A stretch of DNA of 63,938 nucleotides, filler included, from Piptocephalis cylindrospora (taxonomy: Eukaryota), in the NCBI GenBank assembly GCA_003614145.1. It is 3 parts of 3 records of this genome, joined end to end, with 100 filler letters (N's around TTAATTAATTAA, not from the genome) between each part and the next. Parts side by side here need not be neighbours in the genome. Positions count along the whole stretch, not along the records: positions 1 to 24,836 come from KZ987784.1; 2 more parts are not named here. The stretch is one strand, 5' to 3'. Below the pieces are notes generated by a model. That model saw nothing but the letters and a program-made list of their open reading frames with translations, was not told the DNA's origin and searched no databases. The translations under genes were made by a program, and so were the position numbers. Shown one piece after another: positions 1-11,958 of the stretch. How positions within the stretch are numbered: position 1 is the first letter of the stretch; every line of letters begins with the position of its first letter.

Positions 1-1237
1 GAAGCGGAACAGTCTGTGTATGGGATGGGAATGGGGAGAGGGAAGGAGGAAAGAAAGCGGGAGTGGAGAGGGCGAGAGAGCGAGAGAGGAGGGGGGGGGT
101 GGAAAAAATACACATCGACTCGCCCTGTTCCGGGTCGACCGAGAGAGCGAGAGTGAGGGCGCGGGCGAGTATGGGTGTGGCAGGTTGGTTTTAGGTAGCG
201 AGAGAGGGAGGGGATGAGGGGAAAGGGCTCTTTTCCGATGTGTGTCTTGGTGTGTGTGCATGTGTGTGTGTCCCCTCTTTCCAAGCAATGTGTGTGTGGG
301 GGGATGCCATCTTCCATCCTTAAACCGCATTCATCCACTAAGCCTCTGGGTATAAGAGGGCATGATAGAGGAGGTGATATGGACAGTGACTCGAAACCTG
401 ATTGTTGTCGTATGGTTGTTGCTGATGAGGATGAGGGGACACGGGGCTTTCTTCTCTCTCTGCTCAAATTAGATATGGTCGGACATCGTTGATATGAGGA
501 GACAGGCTGAGGGAAGAGGGATAGAAAAGGAAAGGGACTGAGCGTTCCTCCCAGTCAATATCCTCCACAATTCCCACTCGTTCCCAGCAATGCGAGGGTA
601 CAATAGTGCAATTGGAATGAAAGAGAGAGGGGATGCAATGTGTGAATGCTCCTCCTATCCCTGGAGGATTGGATATGACGGAAAGTCGTTAGTATGGTAT
701 GTGTAGATATATATGTGTGTATGTGTGTGTGCATTCTCTTTCCCTCCCTCCCATATATAGGTGAGAGCAGATAAAACAACACCCCTGCTGGGGATAACTA
801 GAAAATATGAGAGACAGAGGAGAGACCCTGATGTGCCCCTTCTGGGAGCTTCCTTGGCCAATCGGATGATGGCAGGGACTAGGTGTGTGCCCTATATCTC
901 CCTATCCAGCTCACATATGTCTTTAGGCCCACTGAGGGTGGTATGAAAGCCTTTGGTTCCGTGGGGTATAGAAAATGTGAAAAATGAAACAAAAAACAAC
1001 AAATACAGAATTAGAGGGGGCTGAGCTCACTTCGGAAATTCGTGGAAATTTAGAAGGGTCAGGGCCGCTTTTCAACCATCTAACAACTTTCTTCACCACA
1101 TTGCCCCCCCTCCTCCCTCTCCTGGTCTGAAAAGACATAAAGACTCGGGTAGAGGAAATGTGAGACACCACCAAACTCGGGATGTCAGACCCTCCCATCA
1201 CCCACCCTATCTTCTCTTTCTCTCTCATCTCTCCATC

Positions 1238-1438
1238 ATGGTCGTGCAAAAGCGTCAGTTCGGTGGGCAAACCGTATCAAAGCGCCAGCCCTCTGGCCCC
1301 TCCCTCTTTCAGCTTGTGAGCGTCCAGTTCACCGACCCGATCATGCGCAAAGCCAACGCTAAGATCACTGGAACCATTGCCGCTTTTATCGGCGCTATCG
1401 CCTTTTTCCGGAATTTTGGAGACCTTTTGACTATCTAG
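1238..1438 (+). CDS. TOM6: Small single-TM protein, likely mitochondrial import receptor subunit Tom6
   Basis: 66 aa, basic N-terminus, C-terminal TM segment IAAFIGAIAFFRNFGDLLTI resembling the fungal Tom6 C-terminus; pyrimidine-rich leader before the ATG. Confidence 0.6.
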   Translation: MVVQKRQFGGQTVSKRQPSGPSLFQLVSVQFTDPIMRKANAKITGTIAAFIGAIAFFRNFGDLLTI

Positions 1439-1764
1439 GATATCGTTGGGGGAAAGAAATGAAGTAAAAGATGACTAGGAGAACTGAGATGAGCATTCCC
1501 TTTTTGTCCTAACGAGGATGATGAACTTTCACTTGGGGACCAGAGACCTACATATTACCATGAAAATGCTTCCACAACAATATAAACAAGCATGCAGTAG
1601 TGACATTTATCCATCTTGGCATCACTCGATGTGCCCTCCATGCATAGAGTATGAAGGATGAGGCCGCTGTGTCTTCCGACCACACTCCCACCAAACTCCC
1701 CGTCTTCCCATCTCTCCACACGCGCCATCTCCACTTTCATCTCCTTTCACCCCCAGGGTGGCCC

Positions 1765-3281
1765 ATGACCATGTTGCGACTCCTCCATCCATCCCAATCT
1801 ACTCGGCTAGGCCTCACCAGTAGCAATGTACCCTTGACCATCGCCTCCCGTGCCTTTGGTCGTGCTCAACTTCACGCGACCCCATATTCAAGACAGGTGG
1901 ACGACCCGTTTAGAAACCCCAACCTTGCCAAATCCGACAAGGAAGAATCGACCGGTACATCAGTATCAGAGGAATCCTCAGAGAGCACCCCCAAAGACAC
2001 AGCCTCGTCGAGAGAGGCCCCAGAAGAAGTAGGTCGACCCGAGACCAAACCTGCGGGAAATAACGCGTCCACCCCTCGAGTAGACAAGGAAAAGGGACCA
2101 ACGACCAACTCCTTCTCTCTCCCCAAATCCCTGGATGAGATTCCCTGGCTACGGAATACACCATCCACCTTGAACCTCGCTAATCGTCTAGATCGATGGA
2201 AGGATCCTCTGGACAAGTTATCCCACCTGGCCCGAGAACTTCGACAAGATCCGGGAGGGGTGATGAGTCGACTGGGTCGGCAGATCAACGAGTACACCGG
2301 ATACAATGCCATCGAGGCCTTGAAGGGTGCAGTCCTTGATGCAGGTAAGCCCAAATTAGATCCCCATCCACCACACATCCCTCTCTCATCCTTCTTCCTA
2401 CTTCAGAGAAGAATTTTTACAAGACCAGAGAGGACCTGGAGACCTCCAAGGCCAAGTATGAAGAGACCATCCAGGTACGGGCCGAGGGCCAACGAGAGTT
2501 GAATGGTCTACTGCAACGCAAGAGCAGCTGGACCGATGAGGACCTCACCCGCTTTACCGCCTTGTACCGGGAGGAGCATGCCTATGAGGCCGCCGAGACG
2601 GCCGCACGTACGGCTCATCGGACGGCCGAGGCCGCCGTCGAGCAAAGCTACACCCATCTGGTCGACGCCATCCGTGTCCGGTACCATGAAGAACAGGTAT
2701 GGAGTGATCGTATTCGCGCTGCCTCCACCTATGGTACTTGGGCCCTCATGGGCATCCACGTCCTCCTCTTCCTCGTTGTCCAGAGCATCGTCGAGCCCCG
2801 AAAACGACGAAAACTTGCCGAGCGCCTCGAGGCCTCCCTCACCGAACAACGCCATGCCGAGGAAGCCGTTCTGTCTCGGAGACTCGAGGCCCTTGAGCAA
2901 TCCCTCTTGGTCCGAGAAGCGCAGATGGACCGTGTTGAACAGGGAGTGCAAGGTCTTTCCACCTCCTCCTCCGCCCTCTCCACCTCGCTCTCCGCTTGGG
3001 TCACCTCCCAAGCCTTCCCCATCCTAGATGGGCGCTATGATCCGGCGGTGTCCATGGAAAAGGATGTTGAGGAGGAAGATCGCCTTAAGGACCAGCTAGA
3101 CACGTCAAATGGCCCAAAGACCCAAGACTCATCCTCTCGACAACCCCTCAGTAACCCCAATTTCATGGAGCGTCACACACCCCAATGGGCACGGGAAGTC
3201 ACGCCCTGGCAACTCTCTTTGACCAGTGCAGCCGTCGGCGGGCTTGCCTCCCTTTGCCTCTCCCTCCTGTGCTCCCGGTAA
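1765..3281 (+). CDS. SHE9: She9/Mdm33 mitochondrial inner-membrane coiled-coil protein (2 exons; intron 2345-2406)
   Basis: Motifs NEYTGYNAIEALK, QRELNGLLQRKSSW, RYHEEQVWSDRIRAASTYGTWALMG, VEPRKRRKL; the GTAAGC...CAG intron joins the two ORFs in frame. Confidence 0.93.
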
Positions 3282-3435
3282 AGTGGGATTCTCTTGAGAA
3301 ACATGCAATAGACAAGACTATGTAAGGAAAGCCCATCATCCCTTCTCACAACACATAAATCATGAGGAAAATATCACTCCTTCAATCTCTTCTATTCCCT
3401 CCTCCCCCTCATCCTCTTGTCTCTCTCTCCCAAGC

Positions 3436-4538
3436 TTATTGAATGGCCATCAGCTGGACATCAAACTGAAGATCAGCATTGCGGGGAATGTCCGGGGGAG
3501 CCCCGGAACGCCCGTAGCCAGCCGCGGCGGGAAGGGTGATCTGACGCTTGCCACCAACCATCATACCCTCCACTCCAATGTCCCAGCCCCGGATGACCTC
3601 GCCAACTCCGAGCTTAAAGTAAAAGGGCTTTCCAGAGACATTCTTGTCAAACACCTTGCCATTGCGCACCAACCGTCCAATGTACCGCATGCCAATGCGT
3701 TTACCGCGCGTCGCCTTGGCCCCCTTGCCTAGCTCAATGTCCTCCACCACAACTCCAGCAGCCAGTGTCCGCTTCTTGCTGGCCGCCTCCTCCTTGGGCG
3801 CCTTCTTGGCCTCCTCCTTGGGCGCCTTCTTGGCCTCCTCGGCTTCCCGAGCCTCCTTGGCCCGGCGCTTCTTCTCGGCCTTGCTCAGCTTGGCTGGCTC
3901 CTCAGCCTTGACCGTCTCCTGTTCCTTGGTCCGCTTCCCGGCAGGCGTGGCCTCGGGCGTCGACGCGGCCGGGGCCTCCTTGCGCTTCTTGTTCTCTGTC
4001 TCCTTCTTCGTCGTCTGCGTCCCCTTCTTGTTCTCCGTCTCCTCAGTCAAGAGCTCAACAATGCGGCCCTCATCCATTTCCTCGTCCTCATCATCGCTTC
4101 CTCCGGTCAGGAAATCAAAATCCTCCTCCTCCTCACTGTCAAAATCATCCTCATCATCCTCACAACCACTCTCATCGTCAATGATCATGTAGTTGCCGGT
4201 CAAGTGCACCGCGGAGTTGCCAGTCACCGACAGGGTAATATCCTCGCCTTCGAGAAAGCTCACGTTCAACTGCTGCTGCTCCACCTTCCCGGCCAGAAGA
4301 GTGGCCAGTGTAAATGTCTGCCCGTCGATCCCCACCTGCACGCACGACCGGTCACCCCCCTTGGGCTTCTCGGCCCCGTACGCTGCCATCGTCACACGGA
4401 ACCCCGTGGACACCACCTGTTGGTACGTCTCACCAGGGAGGAGGTGCATACCTTTGAGTGTGGCCGTGGTGAGTAGGTGAAGATAAAGAGGCTGCAACAA
4501 AAGAACTTACCCCAGAAACCAACGACAAGTTGAGACAT
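3436..4538 (-). CDS. FPR4: Nucleolar FKBP-type peptidyl-prolyl isomerase (Fpr3/Fpr4/Fkbp39-like): nucleoplasmin-like domain, acidic tract, Lys-rich linker, FKBP domain; intron 4452-4510
   Basis: Exon 1 [10 protein letters not shown] then GTAAGT; VHLTGNY; acidic run; C-terminal [36 protein letters not shown]. Confidence 0.93.
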
Positions 4539-5142
4539 GATGTGCTGTTAAAAGGTTGAACGAAATGAAGAGGAAAAGCTATTGCAAAGGGAGGGAGAAG
4601 CAAAGAGATAGTGGAGAAAGGACAAGGCGAGGTGACCGCCGTTGAGGTTCCTCATTCTTTTTTTCCTAGCCATCCCCTCCCACTGCGCTCCCCGTATGCA
4701 CAGGAGAGGATGGAGAGCACCAACACCATGAGGCCGCTCCAGGGCCACAGATACCATCATTCCATCCCTTTGCATCACACCTTTTCTCCCAATAAGAAAA
4801 GACAATAGCTCTACTTTAGCGCAAGAAACCATTTTATAAGCGCTAGCCCGTTTCAATAATACCTTCTTTCTGTGCAAAGAGGGATATCAGGTTTAAACCT
4901 GGAAAAAAAGAAGAAAAAAAAGTGTGCATCCTGTGTGTGATCATGCGCCGCATGTCGCCCAAGCCAAAATATGCCAATTTCAGCACCTTTTAAAACCCAG
5001 TCAGCATACAGGGTGGAATGACTTGATGACAACGCGTACAAAACTTTCTTCCTTCCCACTCCGGCACCCCCACCTTTGACCCAGGAAGCACAATATCCCC
5101 ATCCCAAACAAAAGCTATACCACCTACCTTAGTGCCTTCCCC

Positions 5143-6421
5143 ATGAGCTCCCCTCAGGGCTTCCCGGACCCTCCCCGAGTGTCTGCCTTCAGGGCTGCTG
5201 CAAGGGCAGCCCCTTCCTCACCCCCCCCCCGACGGCTCTCAGGACCCTGACCTCACCGATATCCCTGAACCCCTCAAGCCGTCTATCCATTACTTCTCGG
5301 CCGACCTGGCCAAATCTGATCCTGCCTACAACGGCCAAATTATCGACTTTGTCCCCCCTACCCACCTGACTGACAGGACCTCACAATCCAACTCGGTTTT
5401 CATCAACACGAGAGGATGTAAGCTCGAAAAAGGGAGTCTCTTCGCTCTGGCCGTGCGCTTCTTTGACAACCAGGTAGAAGGCATCAAGTACAGCAAGAAC
5501 AAGAATCGTCTCGAGGTCAACCTTCTTCCCCACATTGACCCCGCTAGGTACATCCACAAACCCTTCCAGGCTGGAAAAATGACCCTCCAGGTGGAAAAAG
5601 CCTACCAGAATGACAAGAACCTGGCCATCATCAAGCTATCTGACCTTCCCCTCAGATCAGCCACGATTCTTCAGGCCCTCATACGGGACTTTTTTGACTC
5701 GCCCATCATCGTGTCAGAGATTATGATCGAAGTCGTCGGATCCTGCCAAGCCACCACGGGAGAGGCCATAGTGGTCGTGGACATCTCTCAGGACCCTGAG
5801 GCTCTAGAAGGCCTCCCCCGTTTGGTCAAATTCGGAAACATTGAGTCGCAGATCACCTGGAAGGGATGCCCTTTCCTTTGCGTGTATTGCAGAAACACAG
5901 GCCACAAGCGCGAAGACTGCCCCGAGCTTCTCGAGAGAAATGACTATCGCCCGCACGGTAAGAAACGTACCATCTACAATCTTTCTACCCCCAGTAACCA
6001 TCGTGCTAAGCCCCCCCCTACGCAGAGACCCAAACTGCGGTCCAAGACAGCCTCTAAATCTCTCCGGCCCGTGACACGGACGACCTCCACGGCTCCCGCC
6101 CCCATTCCTTTTGTCGGCACTGCCACGAGTCCAGGATCTCACTACAGGCCTCGATCCCCACACCCAGAGTCCCCTCCATCAGTACCCTTCATCACCAAAG
6201 GGAGATTCGCACCCCTAGAGGAGGAAATGGCTTTTATCGACTCAGAAGAAATGGGGGACGACCCCTCCACATGGCCACCTCCTGGGACTCAGCCTCCCGG
6301 AGCAACATGGTCGATGCAGCCTGCTATGCCTGCTAGCGTTCATGGACCTCCCCCCTCCCGTGACGCCCTACTATCTAACCATCACGACTCTACAGACGAG
6401 TCCTTAGATCCCACCGTCTAA
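5143..6421 (+). CDS. LINE ORF1 (gag-like, zinc knuckle); frameshift at C10 run 5221-5230
   Basis: CVYCRNTGHKREDC (CX2CX4HX4C); the frame from ATG 5143 closes soon after the C-run while the +1 frame stays open to TAA 6421. Confidence 0.8.
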
Positions 6422-6422
6422 A

Positions 6423-9400
6423 ATGGTTGATCAACACAACAGCCTTTCATTACGGTTCGCAACAGTCAACGCCAACGGTCTGGCTACTGAAGCGAAACGT
6501 ATCTCCTTTATCACGACCCTCCTCCGCTCACCACATGACGTCATTGCGGTGCAGCACACCAACTACAATCCCTCCACCCCTTCACATTCCTCCTGGAGCT
6601 CACTTACGGGTGGCAGGGCCATCTTTGTCAACAAATGTGCCTTTGTCATCCCCCTGGACTCCATAATTCCCCTATCCTCCCTTCCCCCACCTTCCTCCTT
6701 TGGTGCTAATATTGCTTCCTTGTCCATCCCTTTCCCTAATGGCCAGGTAGTCCGAGTCATGTCGGTTTATCTCCCGGCCAACCGACGGGACCGACCGCTT
6801 TTCTGGAGAGAGCTGGCGACAGTCCCGGCGACCCCCTTAACATTTCTCATGGGTGACTTGAACTCCTACCCCTTCCCTTATCTGGATCACGCACCCCCTT
6901 CGACCAGATCCACCTGCTGGTCCATGCTAGACCCTCACTTGACTCGCCTCGGAATCTGCGACCCCCTCAGGGTGCAAGACCCAGAGGCGCGCCTCTTCAC
7001 CAGGTATGACCTGCATCACGGTTCTAGGTCTAGGCTGGATCATATCCTAGTCCCAATGGAGGTACACGAGAGATGCTCACCGCTTCAAACAATCTTCATG
7101 GCGGAAACGGATCATCTCATGGTCCACACCACCCTTCACCCGGCTACACCCCAGACCAATGGTAGGCCGAGGGCCCATCTCAGACTCTTCCTTCTAAGGC
7201 AACTTCCCATCCGAGCACGCATTTTGCGCACTCTATCTTACTTTCCAAGGCTGATCCAGGAAGGGATGGCCCCCCACGAGGCCTGGGATAAGATGAAGAT
7301 TGATATAGTCTCCATGGTGGAATCCTTCTACCACAGTCTGCGGAAAAACAGAGACTCCCACCTATCCTCACTCCAGGCTGAACACGCATCACTAATGGTC
7401 GCAATCCCCAATGAAAATGAGGAGGAGTCATGGAGAGAGCGGAAGGAATTCCTGGAGGAGCAAATGAGTCGACTGCAACAGGAAGAGACGTACCTCCAAC
7501 TGTCAAGATCCGTCCTAAAGAAGGTTGAAGAAGGGGAGAGGCCTACCAAGTCTTTCTTCCGATCGTACAAGAGCAAGAAGCGGAGCTGCAGGATCGAGAA
7601 GCTCAATCGACCCGACGGGACATCAGTGGACTCGGTCGAGGGGATAATGGGAACGGTGGAGGAATTCTACCGTGGCCTGTACGAGCCTGATCAAGTGGTG
7701 GGAGAGGCACAGAGCTCCCTCCTCTCCAGCTTGCCCCCATCTCCCTTCACTGCCCCTGGCTTCCACTCGCTTCCCTCTCTGTCCGAGGTCATTACAGTCA
7801 TCCGAAGACTTCCCCGATGGAAGGCCCCGGGGCCGGATGGCCTCCCCGGAGAATTCTACCAATCGTTCTCCAAGGAGGTAGCTCCCATCCTGGTGTCACT
7901 ACTCTCCACCCCCGAGCACCTCCCGTTTACCTGGGGGCAGTCGTCAATCTGCCTCATATATAAGAAAGGGGAGAGGGAAGACCTGGGAAATTGGAGGCCC
8001 ATATCCCTCATCAACTCTGACGCCAAGATAGCCTCCAAGATCCTCGCAAACAGGTTGTCCCAACACCTGCCCTCTATTTGTCATCCCTCACAAACGGGAT
8101 TTGTCAAAGGTAGATCCATATCGGACAACCTATTATCGCTCTCCCACCTTCTGGAAGGTCACCAGCTAGAGCCAGTTGTAGGCTCAGTGGTTCTCCTGGA
8201 TCAAGAGAAGGCGTACGACAGAGTGGATCAAGGCTACCTCTGGAAGGTCCTTCAGAGGATGCGGCTGGGGGGATACTGGATGAATATGGTCCAGGGCCTC
8301 TACCGGGAAATGGCTTCATCGGTCAGGGTAAACGGATACTCCACCAGGACCTTTCCAGTGAGCAGGGGGTTCCGACAGGGGGACCCACTCTCCCCCCTCC
8401 TCTACAACCTTGTCCTTGAGCCCCTACTCTGCCGTCTTCGGGACCATCTGACAGGAATCCGAGCGTTTGACCACCCCACCCGTGTCCTCGCATACGCAGA
8501 TGATGTCCTCGTCGCAATCAGGGACAGTCAAGATGCCCAAATCCTGGAGAATTCCCTTACGCTACACAGCCAAGCCTCCAATGCCAGAGTCAACAGCCAA
8601 AAGAGCCTGGTCCTTCCCCTATCCTCGCCCATCCCAGGTCTCAACTACCCCGTGATTGCCCAAGGAGAGACCTTCCGGTACCTAGGGGTTCTATTCACCT
8701 GGAAGGGAGTGGCGACAGCATGCATGGAGGAAGAGCTCCTGGCAACCGTGACCGGATGGACGGCAAGATGGATGGGCCGCGACACCTCGCTAGCTGGACG
8801 CGTTCTGCTCTCAAATACGTGTATCTCCTCAAAGCTCTGGTATATCGCCAGGCTCATGCCGTTCACCCCCTCCTTCCTAAAGAAAATACGTGCGCTCCTT
8901 GGGCACTTCCTATGGAAAGAACGCCAGCCTCAAGCCCCCTTCTCAATGATGGAACTCCCCAAGGGGAAGGGGGGTATGGGCCTTCTCCCGGTCAAAGAGC
9001 AATCATTGTCCATCATGGCCAACTGGTGGAGGGACCTGGCCAGAGCCCCACCGCCACCCTGGCTGAACCTGGGGCTCAGTCTCCTGGAACACCACCTCTC
9101 CCAAGGCAACGCGGACCCTCTGTCCCTCTTCCACCCTTCCCCACGTCCCCGTACCCATCGACAAGCCCCAGCCTTCTGGAAGGCCCTCCTTTCCTCCTGG
9201 ATCATGATGCGAGGGGAGGTGACGGTGCCCACCGGAGAGATGCGTGTGGCTCTCTCCCTGCCCATAGAGTGTGCCCTCCAGAACACGGCCAACGGTCAAG
9301 CCTTGGCCCAAGTGAGAAACCTGAGAACGAAGGGGATACGGTGCCTTCAAGAACTCGTTCGGCCTAACAGCCAGGATGGATCATTCTCGGTCTTCACCCG

Positions 9401-10247
9401 ATTATCCAGGACACACCAGGATTTATCTCGCCGGGTAGATGAGGGAGTCATCTCCTTCGCCCCTTCTCTCGGCGCCTTCACCCTCAGGACCTCCCAACAC
9501 CCCCCATCACGATTCCTCTCTCCCCCTCCCACCCTCAGACAGGCCCCTCCGTCCCACAGGGACAGATTCCTATGCATCCTGCCGCATGTAACCTTTGCTG
9601 GAGCCCCTCTCCCCGAATACAGGCCCAGGGAGGGAAGGCTTTTGGCCTCCAAAGCTCTACCGGATGCCCAGCCGAAATGGTCATCTATTTCTGCCACCCC
9701 ACTACCAAGCCAGGACATTCACCATCCCTCTCTGATGCCCAAGATTTCAGCTCTGATTTGGAAGATACATTACGGATCCCCCTGGACGGGTGCACGATTG
9801 CATCGGGTTTTCGGCCAGGATCCTTCATGCCTCCGGTGTCCAGATACGCCCGAGGATCTTCTACATCGCTTCCTTTACTGTCCAGAGGTCATGAGACTAT
9901 GGAATCATGTCCTCACCTTCGGACCAGGATCCCCTCCCCCATCCCCCGAACTCATCATGTTCCAACTTAGAGGCATCCAGAGCCTCAGGAAGCATGAGCG
10001 TATCCTTCTGCATGGAACTGTGCTCTGGACCATCCACACTGCCTACACACGACTGATCTTTGCCCCGGATCTGACGTCTAATATGATCAAGATGTGGCAC
10101 TCACTACTACACAGGGTCCTAGTGGCTAAAGCTAGGACGGCGCGCACGCGTGGATCAGAACCTGAGTTCCGGTCTCGATGGGCGCGACTGATCCAGTGGA
10201 TACCAAGACCAGGCCAGCGCCTGGCTTGGATCCTCTCGGATACCTGA
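6423..10247 (+). CDS. LINE ORF2: apurinic-like endonuclease, reverse transcriptase, C-terminal CCHC (zf-RVT-like)
   Basis: NANGL, GDLN, SRLDHI, TDH (APE); KAPGPDG, NWRPISL, LDQEKAYDRV, GFRQGDPLSP, YADD, YLG (RT); CLRC..EDLLHRFLYC; 1274 aa uninterrupted. Confidence 0.97.
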   Translation: MVDQHNSLSLRFATVNANGLATEAKRISFITTLLRSPHDVIAVQHTNYNPSTPSHSSWSSLTGGRAIFVNKCAFVIPLDSIIPLSSLPPPSSFGANIASLSIPFPNGQVVRVMSVYLPANRRDRPLFWRELATVPATPLTFLMGDLNSYPFPYLDHAPPSTRSTCWSMLDPHLTRLGICDPLRVQDPEARLFTRYDLHHGSRSRLDHILVPMEVHERCSPLQTIFMAETDHLMVHTTLHPATPQTNGRPRAHLRLFLLRQLPIRARILRTLSYFPRLIQEGMAPHEAWDKMKIDIVSMVESFYHSLRKNRDSHLSSLQAEHASLMVAIPNENEEESWRERKEFLEEQMSRLQQEETYLQLSRSVLKKVEEGERPTKSFFRSYKSKKRSCRIEKLNRPDGTSVDSVEGIMGTVEEFYRGLYEPDQVVGEAQSSLLSSLPPSPFTAPGFHSLPSLSEVITVIRRLPRWKAPGPDGLPGEFYQSFSKEVAPILVSLLSTPEHLPFTWGQSSICLIYKKGEREDLGNWRPISLINSDAKIASKILANRLSQHLPSICHPSQTGFVKGRSISDNLLSLSHLLEGHQLEPVVGSVVLLDQEKAYDRVDQGYLWKVLQRMRLGGYWMNMVQGLYREMASSVRVNGYSTRTFPVSRGFRQGDPLSPLLYNLVLEPLLCRLRDHLTGIRAFDHPTRVLAYADDVLVAIRDSQDAQILENSLTLHSQASNARVNSQKSLVLPLSSPIPGLNYPVIAQGETFRYLGVLFTWKGVATACMEEELLATVTGWTARWMGRDTSLAGRVLLSNTCISSKLWYIARLMPFTPSFLKKIRALLGHFLWKERQPQAPFSMMELPKGKGGMGLLPVKEQSLSIMANWWRDLARAPPPPWLNLGLSLLEHHLSQGNADPLSLFHPSPRPRTHRQAPAFWKALLSSWIMMRGEVTVPTGEMRVALSLPIECALQNTANGQALAQVRNLRTKGIRCLQELVRPNSQDGSFSVFTRLSRTHQDLSRRVDEGVISFAPSLGAFTLRTSQHPPSRFLSPPPTLRQAPPSHRDRFLCILPHVTFAGAPLPEYRPREGRLLASKALPDAQPKWSSISATPLPSQDIHHPSLMPKISALIWKIHYGSPWTGARLHRVFGQDPSCLRCPDTPEDLLHRFLYCPEVMRLWNHVLTFGPGSPPPSPELIMFQLRGIQSLRKHERILLHGTVLWTIHTAYTRLIFAPDLTSNMIKMWHSLLHRVLVAKARTARTRGSEPEFRSRWARLIQWIPRPGQRLAWILSDT

Positions 10248-11958
10248 GTGTGGTTTTTGGGTGTTTTTCTTTACTTTTTACCATTTTACGGTGATGTGTG
10301 GTTATTTTTGAGAAACATTACTCCTTTCAGATATATCTATACATCCTATAGAGCTCTCATCGAACTGATCATCCGTCTCCTCCCAGAAAAAATCATATTT
10401 GTCGACGGAGTGATCTCGCACGATGAGCATCATGTTATGTTTTCTCTTTTTCTTCTACACGACGCGAAGGGTGTAGTGAGAAGGATGAGAATTTGCTGTC
10501 GTAATTGGAGGGGCAACGGGACGAAGATCTTTTCCCCTCTCTTTCTCTGATCCCTCTTTTTTCATTTTCTTTAATATCGTTGTGCCTTACAGCTTATACA
10601 ATCATTTTCATCTTTGTTTAGGGCTTATCGCAGCAATGCAGTTTATTGCAATTGCTCCATTCGATGAAGCAATGATATTCACCTGATACAAATGTGCGCC
10701 TTGTCAGGCCCGCCTGGTAGGAGGTGTATATTGTAATTTCTCTTCTTTGCTAACAAAACTTAAGCACTTGGAATAAAGCTACATTCATATGGTATCGGAA
10801 TGTAGGCTAGTATGGCACACCAAGAACCCCACAGATATTGGCACCTTGATCCTTCTTCCATCCTACTCCTCTCATTTCATGGCTAAACAATATACGTACA
10901 TCAGTGGAGGAGTTACATCCTTGGCGTATCATTCACCTTGGACAAATGCGCTATCATCCCATTGCATCAGTGAGTCAAATCAAGCGCAATTGCTTCGACC
11001 CGATGTATACACCTTCCTGTCTCGGCGGACTTCTTTCAAAGAGAAGTCGTCTCTTCCTAGAGTACTTTTCTGGCCTCGCAAGGTTGCCTTGGCGAAACCC
11101 TCCGATCCCCTTGGTGCCCAGCCCAATGGCTGGTCCGGTTGACCTCAGGTTATGTTCAGACGTCGCGAATGAACAGCGGAGTTTCCAGGGTCTTTTCGCA
11201 CTCCGATACTTTGGCTTCCCTTGCCTGGATGTAATGTACCCGCGCATTCATCCTTTCTCCAGCCATCTGTAACAATACTAGAGCTCCTAGGCACTCACTC
11301 TTCTATTTGATCCGTCCCGCCTGGCCTCACTCTTCCCTCCTCCTCCTCCTCCTTCTCCTCCCTTCCTCCCACTGCTATCGTCTTACCCCTCTGTCCTATC
11401 CTATTCTCCTTTGCACTGACTGTGTCAAGCAAGAGGATCGTGACGACTCTTTCTCCTTCCTATCTCCATCTTTCAGTCTCTACCAGTTTGACCTTCCCTT
11501 GGTTGATCCCCCGGAGGGTATCTCCACAATTCTCGATTCATCCCGTTTTATCCAATTTCTTTGGGCTCCACTACTTCTCGATCCAATCCTCATTTTCTCT
11601 CTCATAGGCATTGGCTTTTGCCTACCCCTCGGATTTCCTGATCACTCCTCCCATTGAACTAACACCTTTCCATTTGTACGGTGAACTACCGCTACTGCCG
11701 GTCAGGGCGTCTTTTTAGTGCATCTTGCTTTCACCCTCCCTCCTGCGATTCCTCCCAGGCATTCGTCCTTCGTCTCGACTATTCCTTCACTCAGGTCATT
11801 ATCCTAGCCTCTTGAGTAAAGTTACTCACATCCTTCGTTCATCCCGACTTCTATCTCCTCCATCTCCCCTCACCCGCCCATTCTTACTCTCGACTATTTA
11901 AACGCAGACATCCCCCCTCCCCTTCCCGCATCATCACTCCATCTTCACCTCATTCCTT

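Larger units (their letters stand above)
4922..10392 (+). mobile_element. Non-LTR retrotransposon (LINE, L1/Tx1-like clade), apparently full length; ends approximate
   Basis: ORF1 with CCHC knuckle directly followed by an APE-RT-Zn finger ORF2, no introns; A-rich tract at about 4903-4921 upstream, GT/T-rich 3' UTR and a short A-run ending at 10392. Confidence 0.9.

Noticed and set aside
1..1150. Short ORFs in purine-rich and TG-repeat sequence
   Set aside because: Low-complexity translations with no motifs; more likely the leader or promoter of a gene outside the window.
3439..4480. Plus-strand ORFs over the FKBP gene (and similar antisense ORFs over BRN1, chitin synthase and the receptors)
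   Set aside because: Antisense shadows caused by codon bias of the real genes.
10248..11657. ORFs of 100-122 aa downstream of the LINE
   Set aside because: Mostly non-ATG starts, no recognisable domain, no consistent splice model.
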